From: an uncultured Alphaproteobacteria bacterium
Lineage (GTDB): Bacteria > Pseudomonadota > Alphaproteobacteria > UBA7879 > VGCX01
Direction of reading: 5' to 3'
Assembly (NCBI GenBank): GCA_913061155.1
Contig: CAJXSI010000005.1
Coordinates: 1 to 50,679 of the forward strand
Length of the DNA: 50,679 bases
Shown here: positions 30,787 to 39,272 of the stretch, in pieces
Numbering within the stretch: position 1 is the stretch's first letter
How the letters are laid out: each line of letters begins with the position of its first letter
The notes under the pieces: generated by a model
Told to the model about the DNA's origin: nothing
Database searches by the model: none
The model's input: the letters and a program-made list of their open reading frames with translations, nothing else
Made by a program: the position numbers and the translations under genes

Positions 30787-31638
30787 CTATCTGAATAACA
30801 TAACAGGGACATGGCAAGATTTAATCAACTTGGATGTCGTGCTTCCCAACAACAGTGTGCGCACACGTGAATGCGCGTAGGCACCTGTTAAAAGCAAGTC
30901 TATTGATTTTTCTGCCACGTAATCGGCAATAACCTTATCAACCTGGCCATCTGTTTCATGATGATTTGTAACGGTGTATCCAGATTTTTGTAATTTTTTA
31001 ACAGCAGGGCCAGATGCGTCAGGTAAATCTTGTCCAACCGTTAAAATATGACACTCAAGCCCCTGCAACAATTTTGATGAGCAAGCAAAATCAACAGCCT
31101 TATTTGCATTATCTTTACCATCATAGGCAATAAGAAATTTATGAATTGGCTTCAGATATCTTGAAACAAGAAATAAAGGTTTATGAATACTGCGCGCCAC
31201 TTTCTCTAGGTTCGACCCTAAAAATTCAGATTCAAGATTGGCTTGTTCCCCCCGTTTTCCGATAAAAATAATATCGGCGTCTTTTTCAAAATCCTTAATA
31301 GTTTCGGATAAACTGCCACGACGATGGATCGGGTTGATTTTTTCTACGTCCAATTTTTTTAATTTTTTTTCAGCATGGGCAAGAATAAGGTGTCCTTTTT
31401 TCTGATCCAACTTGGCACGTTGTTGATCGACTTTTACAAGTTCTTCCATAAGATCCTTGCGCGCACCAAGGCCAATTGCCCCAGTATGATCATCATGCGG
31501 TGCCTGGTAATCAGAAGGGTGATGTAAAACATGAAGTAAATCTATTTCAGCATTCAGGCGATTTGCGGCCCATGCGGCATGTGACACAACATTATCGGCA
31601 TAAGCAGAACCATCTATGCATACAAGTAATTTTTTCAT
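30787..31638 (-). CDS. Tandem universal stress protein
   Basis: VCIDGS, GKRG...LGSNLE, IAYDG, GAYAHSR..LLGSTT; the usual partner of SulP. Confidence 0.92.
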   Translation of the reverse strand: MKKLLVCIDGSAYADNVVSHAAWAANRLNAEIDLLHVLHHPSDYQAPHDDHTGAIGLGARKDLMEELVKVDQQRAKLDQKKGHLILAHAEKKLKKLDVEKINPIHRRGSLSETIKDFEKDADIIFIGKRGEQANLESEFLGSNLEKVARSIHKPLFLVSRYLKPIHKFLIAYDGKDNANKAVDFACSSKLLQGLECHILTVGQDLPDASGPAVKKLQKSGYTVTNHHETDGQVDKVIADYVAEKSIDLLLTGAYAHSRVRTLLLGSTTSKLIKSCHVPVMLFR

Positions 31639-31649
31639 TTTATATCCCC

Positions 31650-33140
31650 TTAATGCTTTGACACTAAATCAACCGTATCTGATTTGTCATGAATGGCCAA
31701 CTTATCAACAATCGTTAAACTGGCTTTGTTCATACCAATAATTTTAACCGCAGTTCCTTCACGACGGAATTTAAGAACAACTTTGTCCAAGGCCCCAACT
31801 GCAGATAAATCCCAAAAATGTGCCTGACTGACATTAATGGTAACTTTTTTAACAACTTCTTTAAAGTCAAAAGCATCTGTAAAACTGTCGGATGATGCAA
31901 AGAATACCTGACCATAAACATCATAGGTTCTGTGCTGTTTATTTTCCGACAATGTGGATTGAATTTCCATAAGCTGGGAAACTTTGCGGGCAAAAAACAG
32001 GGCACTCATCAACACACCGACAAAAACACCCAGCGCCAGATTGTGCGTCAGAACAACAACGGATACGGTTGCAAGCATAACAAGACTGTCACTTTTTGGA
32101 TGGGTTCTAAGATCTTTAACTGATGACCAACTAAAGGTTCCAATCGAAACCATAATCATCACAGATACCAGAGCCGCCATTGGAATCTGACTAACCCAAT
32201 CCCCCAATACCAATACAAGAAACAATAAAAATAAGCCGGCAAATAATGTTGATAGGCGCCCGCGGCCCCCTGATTTAATATTAATAACCGATTGACCGAT
32301 CATGGCACATCCCGCCATACCGCCGAATAATCCTGCAACGATATTGGCAATTCCTTGGCCTTTACATTCGCGGTTTTTATCACTTGAGGTATCTGTTAAG
32401 TCATCAATTATGGTTGCTGTCATCAAAGATTCAAGCAAACCAATTGCAGTCAGTGTCAAAGCATAGGGAAAGATGATCAGCAATGTTTCAAAATTAAAAG
32501 GGATATTTGGCACTAAAAACAGGGGCAACGTATTTGGTAATTCACCCATATCACCGACTGTTCTTAAGTCTAAACCCAATAGCATACTAAGAATAGTCAG
32601 AACAATAATACAAATAAGCGGGGACGGAACAGCCTTTGTAAAACGTGGAAGAATATAAATAATTGCCAATCCCAAAACCACCATGCCATACATGAGTGTA
32701 CCAGCACCTTTGAATTCAGGTAACTGCGCCATAAAAATCAAAATGGCCAGCGCATTAACAAACCCCGTCACAACTGATTTAGAAACAAATCGCATCAGGC
32801 TACCCAATTTAAACACCCCTGCAATAATTTGCAAAACGCCTGTCAAAATGGTCGTGGCCAATAAATATTCAAGACCATGTTCTTTCACAAGGATAACCAT
32901 GGCAAGGGCCATCGCCCCTGTCGCAGCAGAAATCATACCCGGGCGCCCGCCAACAAAGGCAATAACGACAGCAATACAGAACGATGCATAAAGGCCAACC
33001 TTGGGGTCAACCCCCGCAATAAGCGAGAAAGCAATTGCTTCGGGAATCAAGGCAAGAGCCACAACCGTTCCTGCAAGCAAGTCGTTGCGAATATTTCCAA
33101 GCCAATTATTTTTTATATGTTTCAAAGCTGATGCCAGCAT
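31650..33140 (-). CDS. SulP-family anion permease with STAS domain
   Basis: [34 protein letters not shown]-terminal STAS (GQVFFAS, HFWD). Confidence 0.94.
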   Translation of the reverse strand: MLASALKHIKNNWLGNIRNDLLAGTVVALALIPEAIAFSLIAGVDPKVGLYASFCIAVVIAFVGGRPGMISAATGAMALAMVILVKEHGLEYLLATTILTGVLQIIAGVFKLGSLMRFVSKSVVTGFVNALAILIFMAQLPEFKGAGTLMYGMVVLGLAIIYILPRFTKAVPSPLICIIVLTILSMLLGLDLRTVGDMGELPNTLPLFLVPNIPFNFETLLIIFPYALTLTAIGLLESLMTATIIDDLTDTSSDKNRECKGQGIANIVAGLFGGMAGCAMIGQSVINIKSGGRGRLSTLFAGLFLLFLVLVLGDWVSQIPMAALVSVMIMVSIGTFSWSSVKDLRTHPKSDSLVMLATVSVVVLTHNLALGVFVGVLMSALFFARKVSQLMEIQSTLSENKQHRTYDVYGQVFFASSDSFTDAFDFKEVVKKVTINVSQAHFWDLSAVGALDKVVLKFRREGTAVKIIGMNKASLTIVDKLAIHDKSDTVDLVSKH

Positions 33141-33284
33141 TTTTATGCTCCGTAAGTTTTTCGTTGTTTCAGAGTTTATTTAAAAAAAAGAGGTGCTTTG
33201 ATACTTAAAGACATCGGCCTTAAGTACCAATAATTATCTGAATTGATTGAAAAATAAGCAATTTTAATGAATAAAGCAAGAAAT

Positions 33285-34337
33285 TTACGGGTTTTTAAAA
33301 ACCTCTGCAATTTTATTTATCAGCCAATCCACCTGTTGCTCTGTAATAACAAGGGGCGGGGTCAATCGAATGGATTGTTTGTGGGTATCTTTTGACAAAA
33401 TCCCCTTTTTCAATAGCATCTTGCAAACATCAGAACCTGTACCAAAACTGGGAATAATATCCACAGCTGTCATTAAGCCCTTGCCCCGAATTTCTGTTAT
33501 TTTTTCAGATTTCATAGCATTTAATCCTGCCCGTAATTGTGTGCCCCGGGCAAGTGCATTCTCCAATAATCCTTCCGTTTCCAACACATCCAATGCTGCC
33601 AAACCAACGGCACAGCCTAAAGGATTTCCCCCATATGTACTGCCATGATCGCCAGGTTTAAAAATATCCATAATATCTTGACGACCCACAACAGCTGAAA
33701 CCGGTATAAAACCACCCGAAAGCGCCTTGCCTATCATTAATAAATCTGGTGTTGCCTGTTCATATTGATACGCAAACATTTTTCCCGTGCGTCCCAACCC
33801 AGTTTGAATTTCATCTAACATTAATAAAATATTGTGATTGGTGCAAATATTTCTGATATCTGAAAGATACCCTTCTGGGGGCACATAAACTCCGGCCTCG
33901 CCCTGAATGGGTTCAACCAAAAATCCGATTGTATTTTTTGTAATTGCCTTTTCCAGTGCCTTGGCATCCCCAAAAGGAATTTCTTTAAACCCAGGCGTTA
34001 GGGGACCAAAATGTTTTTTATACCCTGGGTTGGATGAAAAACTAATGACAGTTGTTGTGCGCCCATGAAAGTTATTTGTGGCAACTATAATCTCGCCCCC
34101 ATCATCTGGTACATTATTATGGCAATAGGCCCATTTGCGCGCCAACTTGATGGCCGTTTCAACAGCCTCAGCCCCTGAATTCATCATGATGCCTTTATCC
34201 AAACCAGATAAGTCACACAATTTTTTAAGAAGCGGCGCCATCAAGGTTGTATGGACGGCACGGGACGTTAGGGTTAATTTTTTTGCTTGATTTGAAATCG
34301 TTTCTACAATTTTTGGATGACAATGCCCTTGATTCAC
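33285..34337 (-). pseudogene. rocD: Ornithine aminotransferase, N-terminally truncated
   Basis: Begins abruptly at (V)NQGHCHP; LTSRA, NSGAEAVE, FHGRT, EPIQGEAG, DEIQTG and GKALSGG are intact; roughly 50 N-terminal residues are absent. Confidence 0.75.
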
Positions 34338-35104
34338 AATTGCCGGGCATCGCGGTAAGTTAACCCCCCAGGTTCTGGCGTTCCTGTCCCAGGGACCAAT
34401 GTATCATCCATGGCATCTACGTCAAAACTAACATGAATATGGGTGTTCTTTTGTTTTAATGGTTCAATAAATTCCTTTATTGCTTTTGCCATGCCTTGTT
34501 GATCAATGTACCCCATATCACAAACTTTAAGGCGGCTTTCCGTTAATCGGGACTTTTCATTTTTATCGACAGAACGAATACCAACTTGGGTAATATCATA
34601 TTGATTTAATAAGGGGGTTTTATCGCCAAGGTCTGTCAGATCACTTGGCCCCTCGCCCGTTAAAACAGCCACGGGCATACCATGCAAATTTCCTGAAAGC
34701 GAGGAAGTTGCCGTGTTGTAATCGGCATGGGCATCAATCCAGACCACATGTAAATCTTTATCCACCATTTGACAATAATGATGCACCCCCGCAATTGATC
34801 CGATGGCCAAAGAATGATCACCGCCCATTATAAGGGGAAAGCCATTTTGACTTAGGGACTCGTGAACTTGCTTCGACAGGGACTGACACCATTCAGAGAT
34901 TTCTGATAAATGACGGTAACCATTTTTAACCGGCTGCCAATCTGTGAAAGGCCCCGAAACATCGCCCAGATCTTTGACAGATAAACCCAGTGTTTCCAAG
35001 GAATTTTTTATCCCTGCAACCCGCAATCCATTGGGGCCCATTCGCGCGCCTTGCTTGCTTGCCCCATAATCTGACGGCGCCCCAATTAAATTGATTTCTT
35101 TCAT
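34334..35104 (-). pseudogene. rocF: Arginase, C-terminally truncated
   Basis: GGDHS, WIDAHADYN, SGNLHGMP, SFDVD and GTGTP.PGGLTYR are present; the stop comes before the conserved VExNP motif. Confidence 0.75.
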
Positions 35105-35161
35105 TATCGCCCCCTTTGTTATCTTAATCTTAAAAGGGTTTCATGAAAACTACAAGAGGCG

Positions 35162-35827
35162 TTAAACAACTTCGTAAATGTAAACAGACGTACTTTTGGA
35201 CCACGTCATGGGAAGTTCTAATTCTTTTATTAATTTTAATTTATTGTTTTCACTGAATTCTTTTAAAGTTATGATCTTGGCACCTTTTCTAAGGTGGCTG
35301 ATTTTTTCTTGCAAAACTGTCATCATTTCTGGGGTGTAACAGGTACTACATAAATAAACAATTGTTGCATCAGAAAAATCTATTTTTAAAATATCCCCAT
35401 GAATATATTGCAAAGACCGCCCTGGGGTTAACACCCCTTTTTTTCCAGCCCGTAATTTTGCTTTCATCGCTTGGTTATGACGGTAGTCTGATAATTCTAC
35501 GCCGACTGATTTTTTAATGAACGTCGTCAAATAAAATTGTAAGGGAACTTTGCCGTTTCCACTGCCTAAATCATAAAAAACATCTTTTTGTTTTATATCT
35601 AAATAGGAAATAAGATGTGAAACAGAACTGGGCAGAATCTCCCCATAAGTTGGGGCGCCCCCTGCTTCAGTTACGGATTTTCGATCCTTGCTAGAGGCTT
35701 TAAAGGCATTTAGGTTTTTATAAATTTCAGAAATTAAAGATTCTTGTTTTGTATGGGGTAAAGGCAATGGCCTTGCCGATGTTGTTGTCATCAATATTAA
35801 TAAACTGAAGACAACAACAAAGCGCAT
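35162..35827 (-). CDS. DOT1-like SAM-dependent methyltransferase with signal peptide
   Basis: YGEI..DVFYDLGSGNGKV..GVEL..GDIL..ATIVY..GAKII..TW; hydrophobic N-terminus ending TSA. Confidence 0.75.
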   Translation of the reverse strand: MRFVVVFSLLILMTTTSARPLPLPHTKQESLISEIYKNLNAFKASSKDRKSVTEAGGAPTYGEILPSSVSHLISYLDIKQKDVFYDLGSGNGKVPLQFYLTTFIKKSVGVELSDYRHNQAMKAKLRAGKKGVLTPGRSLQYIHGDILKIDFSDATIVYLCSTCYTPEMMTVLQEKISHLRKGAKIITLKEFSENNKLKLIKELELPMTWSKSTSVYIYEVV

Positions 35828-35831
35828 GATT

Positions 35832-36779
35832 TTATTCCTTGCCCAATAATGTCATTAATTCCCGCCATTCACGGGGACTCATATTCGAATCTTCTTGCTG
35901 AACATTTTCCCCATCCAACAAACGCCTAACGACATCTAAACCTGATTTTGACAAATGGGCGCCATTCATTCGGTAATCTTCAAAAGCTTCGGCTGCAATC
36001 GGCACCCATTTTTTCACCAAATCCAGGATAGCATCGGCATAAACCCTGATTTCATATTGGGCATGGGGATCGGCCCTTAAAGACAAGAAATGGAACAAGT
36101 TATGAAGGTCAACTTTCCAATACCACTGCGTATAAAAACTGACAGGCAAATTAATACGGGCCAATTCACGGGTCAGGCCTTTTTTATCATCACTAAAAGT
36201 ATCCCCCAATTCGTTTTCATTCAACATTTCTTCATATGAGGCATAGGCTTCTTCTGGAAGACGTTTCAAAAGATCCAACGCCCGGGCGGCTTCTTCTCCT
36301 TCAAGCACACCTGCACGTCCTTGCTTATTAATGTCTGATTGACCTGCCAAATTTTCAGGGGCGGGTACATAAAATTCCTTGTCCAAAATGGAATAACGCG
36401 CAGAATATTCATTCACGTTGGCTGTGCGATGACGAATCCACTGGCGCGCCACAAACATGGGCAGTTTTACGTGCAGTTTAATTTCACACATTTCAAAAGG
36501 GGTACTGTGGCGATGACGCATCAGATATCGGATTAACCCTTTGTCTTGACTGATTTTTTTTGTCCCTTTTCCATAAGAAACGCGGGCGGCCTGAACAATG
36601 GAAGCATCATCCCCCATATAGTCAATAACACGAACAAATCCATGATCTAAAACGGGCTGAATCTTATAAAGTTCTTCTTCAATTGCGGGAACTGTTGCCC
36701 GTTGCGTTTGATAGCTTTCATCTTTTAAATCTTTAATTTCTTGTTGGTGATTGATTTTTTCTTTTGGTTGATCAGACAT
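35832..36779 (-). CDS. thyX: Flavin-dependent thymidylate synthase
   Basis: AARVSY, HSTPFE, RQWIRHR..NEYSARY, ELAR, HAQYEIR. Confidence 0.96.
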   Translation of the reverse strand: MSDQPKEKINHQQEIKDLKDESYQTQRATVPAIEEELYKIQPVLDHGFVRVIDYMGDDASIVQAARVSYGKGTKKISQDKGLIRYLMRHRHSTPFEMCEIKLHVKLPMFVARQWIRHRTANVNEYSARYSILDKEFYVPAPENLAGQSDINKQGRAGVLEGEEAARALDLLKRLPEEAYASYEEMLNENELGDTFSDDKKGLTRELARINLPVSFYTQWYWKVDLHNLFHFLSLRADPHAQYEIRVYADAILDLVKKWVPIAAEAFEDYRMNGAHLSKSGLDVVRRLLDGENVQQEDSNMSPREWRELMTLLGKE

Positions 36780-36830
36780 TTATTTTCTCTGGTTAAGGGC
36801 TTACAACAGCCTGGTTAATTATTTTGACCT

Positions 36831-36934
36831 ATAGCTAGGGGATTTTAATTTTGTTATAGGCACGCAGTCGCGATGTGTGCAACTTGTACATGATCGACAA
36901 GTAACGCATAACAAAATTAAAAAGCGCCAGCTAT
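36831..36934. repeat. Branched palindromic element (candidate MITE-like element or structured RNA)
   Basis: Perfect 15-bp inverted repeat TTTTAATTTTGTTAT/ATAACAAAATTAAAA, outer ATAGCT/AGCTAT, and two internal hairpins. Confidence 0.6.
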
Positions 36935-37022
36935 GTATTGATCTTAGTTTTTTTTGAATAATATTTCCACCGTTATTTGGAAATCTATTGAATTATATTT
37001 TAATAAATATTATGGTTTGGCC

Positions 37023-38165
37023 ATGATTGATATATTATTTAATAAATTCTATGAAATAGAAAACTTATGTGGCCCTTACAATTATTTATTGAATCTGGCC
37101 ATTATCTTTGTTTATAGCTTTGTTTTGTTCTTTGTTGGGAAAACACTGGTTTCGCCCAGTTTAAAAAAAATTCTTTCAACCAGATCAAATAAATGGATTA
37201 TTGGGTTACGGAAAACCCCGTTTCAGAAAGTTGTTCCCCATTTATTATTGGCAGCCATTAACCTGATTATTTTAAAACATTGGGTAGAGGGCACAAAACT
37301 TCAGTTCATTTACATTTTTTTCAAAGCCTATTTAACCATAGCCAGCACGTATTTATTCCATTGCTTTTTAGGGGCAACAGAAAGATTCCTTGGGTCTTTA
37401 GAGGCAACAAAGAAAGCACCTGTTCGGGGCTATTTCCAATTGGCGTCTTTATTTGTCTTTATAATCGGGTCAATCCTGGCCATCTGCCAAACTATGGATA
37501 TTTCCCCTGCCACATTCCTTGGAGGCATTGGGGCGGCAACGGCTGTTATTTTATTAATATTTCGTGATACGCTTTTATCCTTTGTCTCTGGTATTCAAAT
37601 TTCAGTGAACAACCTGATTCAAAAAGGGGATTGGATTCAGCTGGATAGTCACAAACTTAATGGCGTTGTCGAAGAACTTAGCTTAAATGTTGTAACCGTT
37701 AAAAACTTTGATGAAACCATTACAACCTTGCCCACCTATAAACTTTTGGAGCAGGGCTTTATTAACTGGCGCAATGTCTTTTCTGCTGAGGCCCGCCGTA
37801 TGGTGAAAAACTTTTATATTGATCAATATTCAATCCGGGATTTAACGAAAAAAGAAATTGATGAATTAAAAAATGATCCAAAAATCGCCCCCATGTTTAA
37901 AGTTAAGAAACATTTTACAGAAGTTAACTCACAACTATTCCGTCGATATTTACAATGGTATGTTGATAATCACCCAGAAATCAGATCCGATAAAACCATG
38001 TTGATTTGTTATCAAAACCCTGATGTTTATGGCATGCCATTACAGATCTATATTTATTCAAAAACAACAGCCTGGGTTGAATTTGAAGATATCCAATCTG
38101 AAATTATGGAACATCTTGTCACAATGATTCCCAAATTTCACCTGCGTATTAACCAAAGGAAATAA
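37023..38165 (+). CDS. MscS-family mechanosensitive channel (YbdG-like)
   Basis: GAATAVILLIFRDTLLSFVSGIQ, GDWI, VKNFD.TITTLPTY, FINWR; ATG at 37023 chosen (ORF track TTG at 36954). Confidence 0.9.
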   Translation: MIDILFNKFYEIENLCGPYNYLLNLAIIFVYSFVLFFVGKTLVSPSLKKILSTRSNKWIIGLRKTPFQKVVPHLLLAAINLIILKHWVEGTKLQFIYIFFKAYLTIASTYLFHCFLGATERFLGSLEATKKAPVRGYFQLASLFVFIIGSILAICQTMDISPATFLGGIGAATAVILLIFRDTLLSFVSGIQISVNNLIQKGDWIQLDSHKLNGVVEELSLNVVTVKNFDETITTLPTYKLLEQGFINWRNVFSAEARRMVKNFYIDQYSIRDLTKKEIDELKNDPKIAPMFKVKKHFTEVNSQLFRRYLQWYVDNHPEIRSDKTMLICYQNPDVYGMPLQIYIYSKTTAWVEFEDIQSEIMEHLVTMIPKFHLRINQRK

Positions 38166-38254
38166 TCAGGATTCAAACGACGAAGGTAAACTGGCTTAGA
38201 TTAACTTGATTTTCAAAGCTTGCCTGACGAAGTGTTATTCTTGCAATTTTTCCC

Positions 38255-38283
38255 TTTAAATTTTGATTAAAAAGGCCTATATT
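38255..38283 (+). promoter_or_regulatory. Sigma70-type promoter candidate for ssrA
   Basis: TTTAAA-N17-TATATT directly before the acceptor piece. Confidence 0.4.
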
Positions 38284-38284
38284 T

Positions 38285-38773
38285 ACGGTGATGGGTAACC
38301 ATCTATGATGATAAACGGCTAACGTAATAAGCGTTACGGACCCGGGGGCGGTACCCGGCGCCTCCACCATTTATGAAAGTGTTTATCTGATTGATGCGAA
38401 ATATTTTGTGTCATACTATAGCTTAGTCATTAAAGCATAATTGATTAGGTTGTTGATGCCACAAGGAATAAGTGATGAAATTTACGGCTTCAGTAAATGA
38501 AGCACGCAATGACACCGTGGCATCGATAAGATAAACAATTAGAGGGGGCGAACCAGGATCGACGTGCGTGGTAAAGGTTATCTTTTCGTCCGGCATTGTA
38601 CCACCGTTATCGGGCTGCATGATAAGTGCAAACACTAAAAATACTCGTCGTGGTGCTAACCAAAATAGGTTAGTTGCCAACAGCCGCCGTAATGGTAGCC
38701 GTCGTGTAGCAAACGCTGCTTAGTAAATCAAGCAGTAGCGGTCTGAGGGGCACCGGGCAACAGAAGCCCCTCA
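38285..38773 (+). ncRNA. ssrA: Permuted two-piece tmRNA: acceptor piece about 38285-38369, intervening segment 38370-38543, coding piece from 38544
   Basis: T-arm CCGGGGGCGGTACCCGG; CGCCTCC-A-CCA pairs with downstream GGGGGCG including the G3-U70 Ala determinant; AGGATCGAC; ATAAGT-GCA-AAC resume context; tag ends AA-TAG-TAA; 3' hairpin TGAGGGGC/GCCCCTCA; sspB is adjacent. Confidence 0.95.
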
Positions 38774-38786
38774 CTTAATTTTTAAT

Positions 38787-39266
38787 ATGGACGAGGGCAT
38801 TTTGGATTATCTGAATTACGACAAATTAATGGACAAAGCAATGCTTGGCGTTGCCCGGACTGTCATAGAACAACTTAGTCAGCATGGTTTAAAATCAAAC
38901 CATCATTTCTTTATTACTTTTGTGACGAATCACCCAGGTGTTCAAGTTCCCGATTATTTAAAGGAACAGTATCCCGAAGAAATGACAATTGTTATTCAAC
39001 ATCAATATGAAAATTTATTGGTATCACGGGATGCTTTCAGCATTGATTTGTTTTTTGAAGACCAGGAAGAAACTATCAAAGTACCTTTTTCATCCTTACT
39101 TAGTATCGAAGACCCTTCTGTTAACTGGGGATTGGACTTTGAACCAGATACTGATTTTTCCAAAATTGACGTGCCTTCAAGTAATATTGATGATACGCCG
39201 CAGCTTAAAAAAGAAGAAAAAGGTACCGTTGTCTCTTTAGACAGTTTTAGAAAAAAAGATAAGTAG
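38787..39266 (+). CDS. sspB: ClpXP adaptor SspB (alphaproteobacterial type)
   Basis: HHFFITF.T.HPGV, YPEEMTIVIQHQY, C-terminal VVSLDSFRKK ClpX-binding tail. Confidence 0.93.
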   Translation: MDEGILDYLNYDKLMDKAMLGVARTVIEQLSQHGLKSNHHFFITFVTNHPGVQVPDYLKEQYPEEMTIVIQHQYENLLVSRDAFSIDLFFEDQEETIKVPFSSLLSIEDPSVNWGLDFEPDTDFSKIDVPSSNIDDTPQLKKEEKGTVVSLDSFRKKDK

Positions 39267-39272
39267 TCCGTT

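Noticed and set aside
33141-33284. sul1-type RNA motif upstream of sulP
   Set aside because: Only a hairpin (GTACTTAAG/TTTAAGTAT on minus) followed by a T-run is visible, better explained as the terminator of the upstream gene.
38173-38680. Minus-strand ORFs 38173-38370 (MVEAPGTAPGS...) and 38423-38680
   Set aside because: Antisense shadows of the tmRNA gene.
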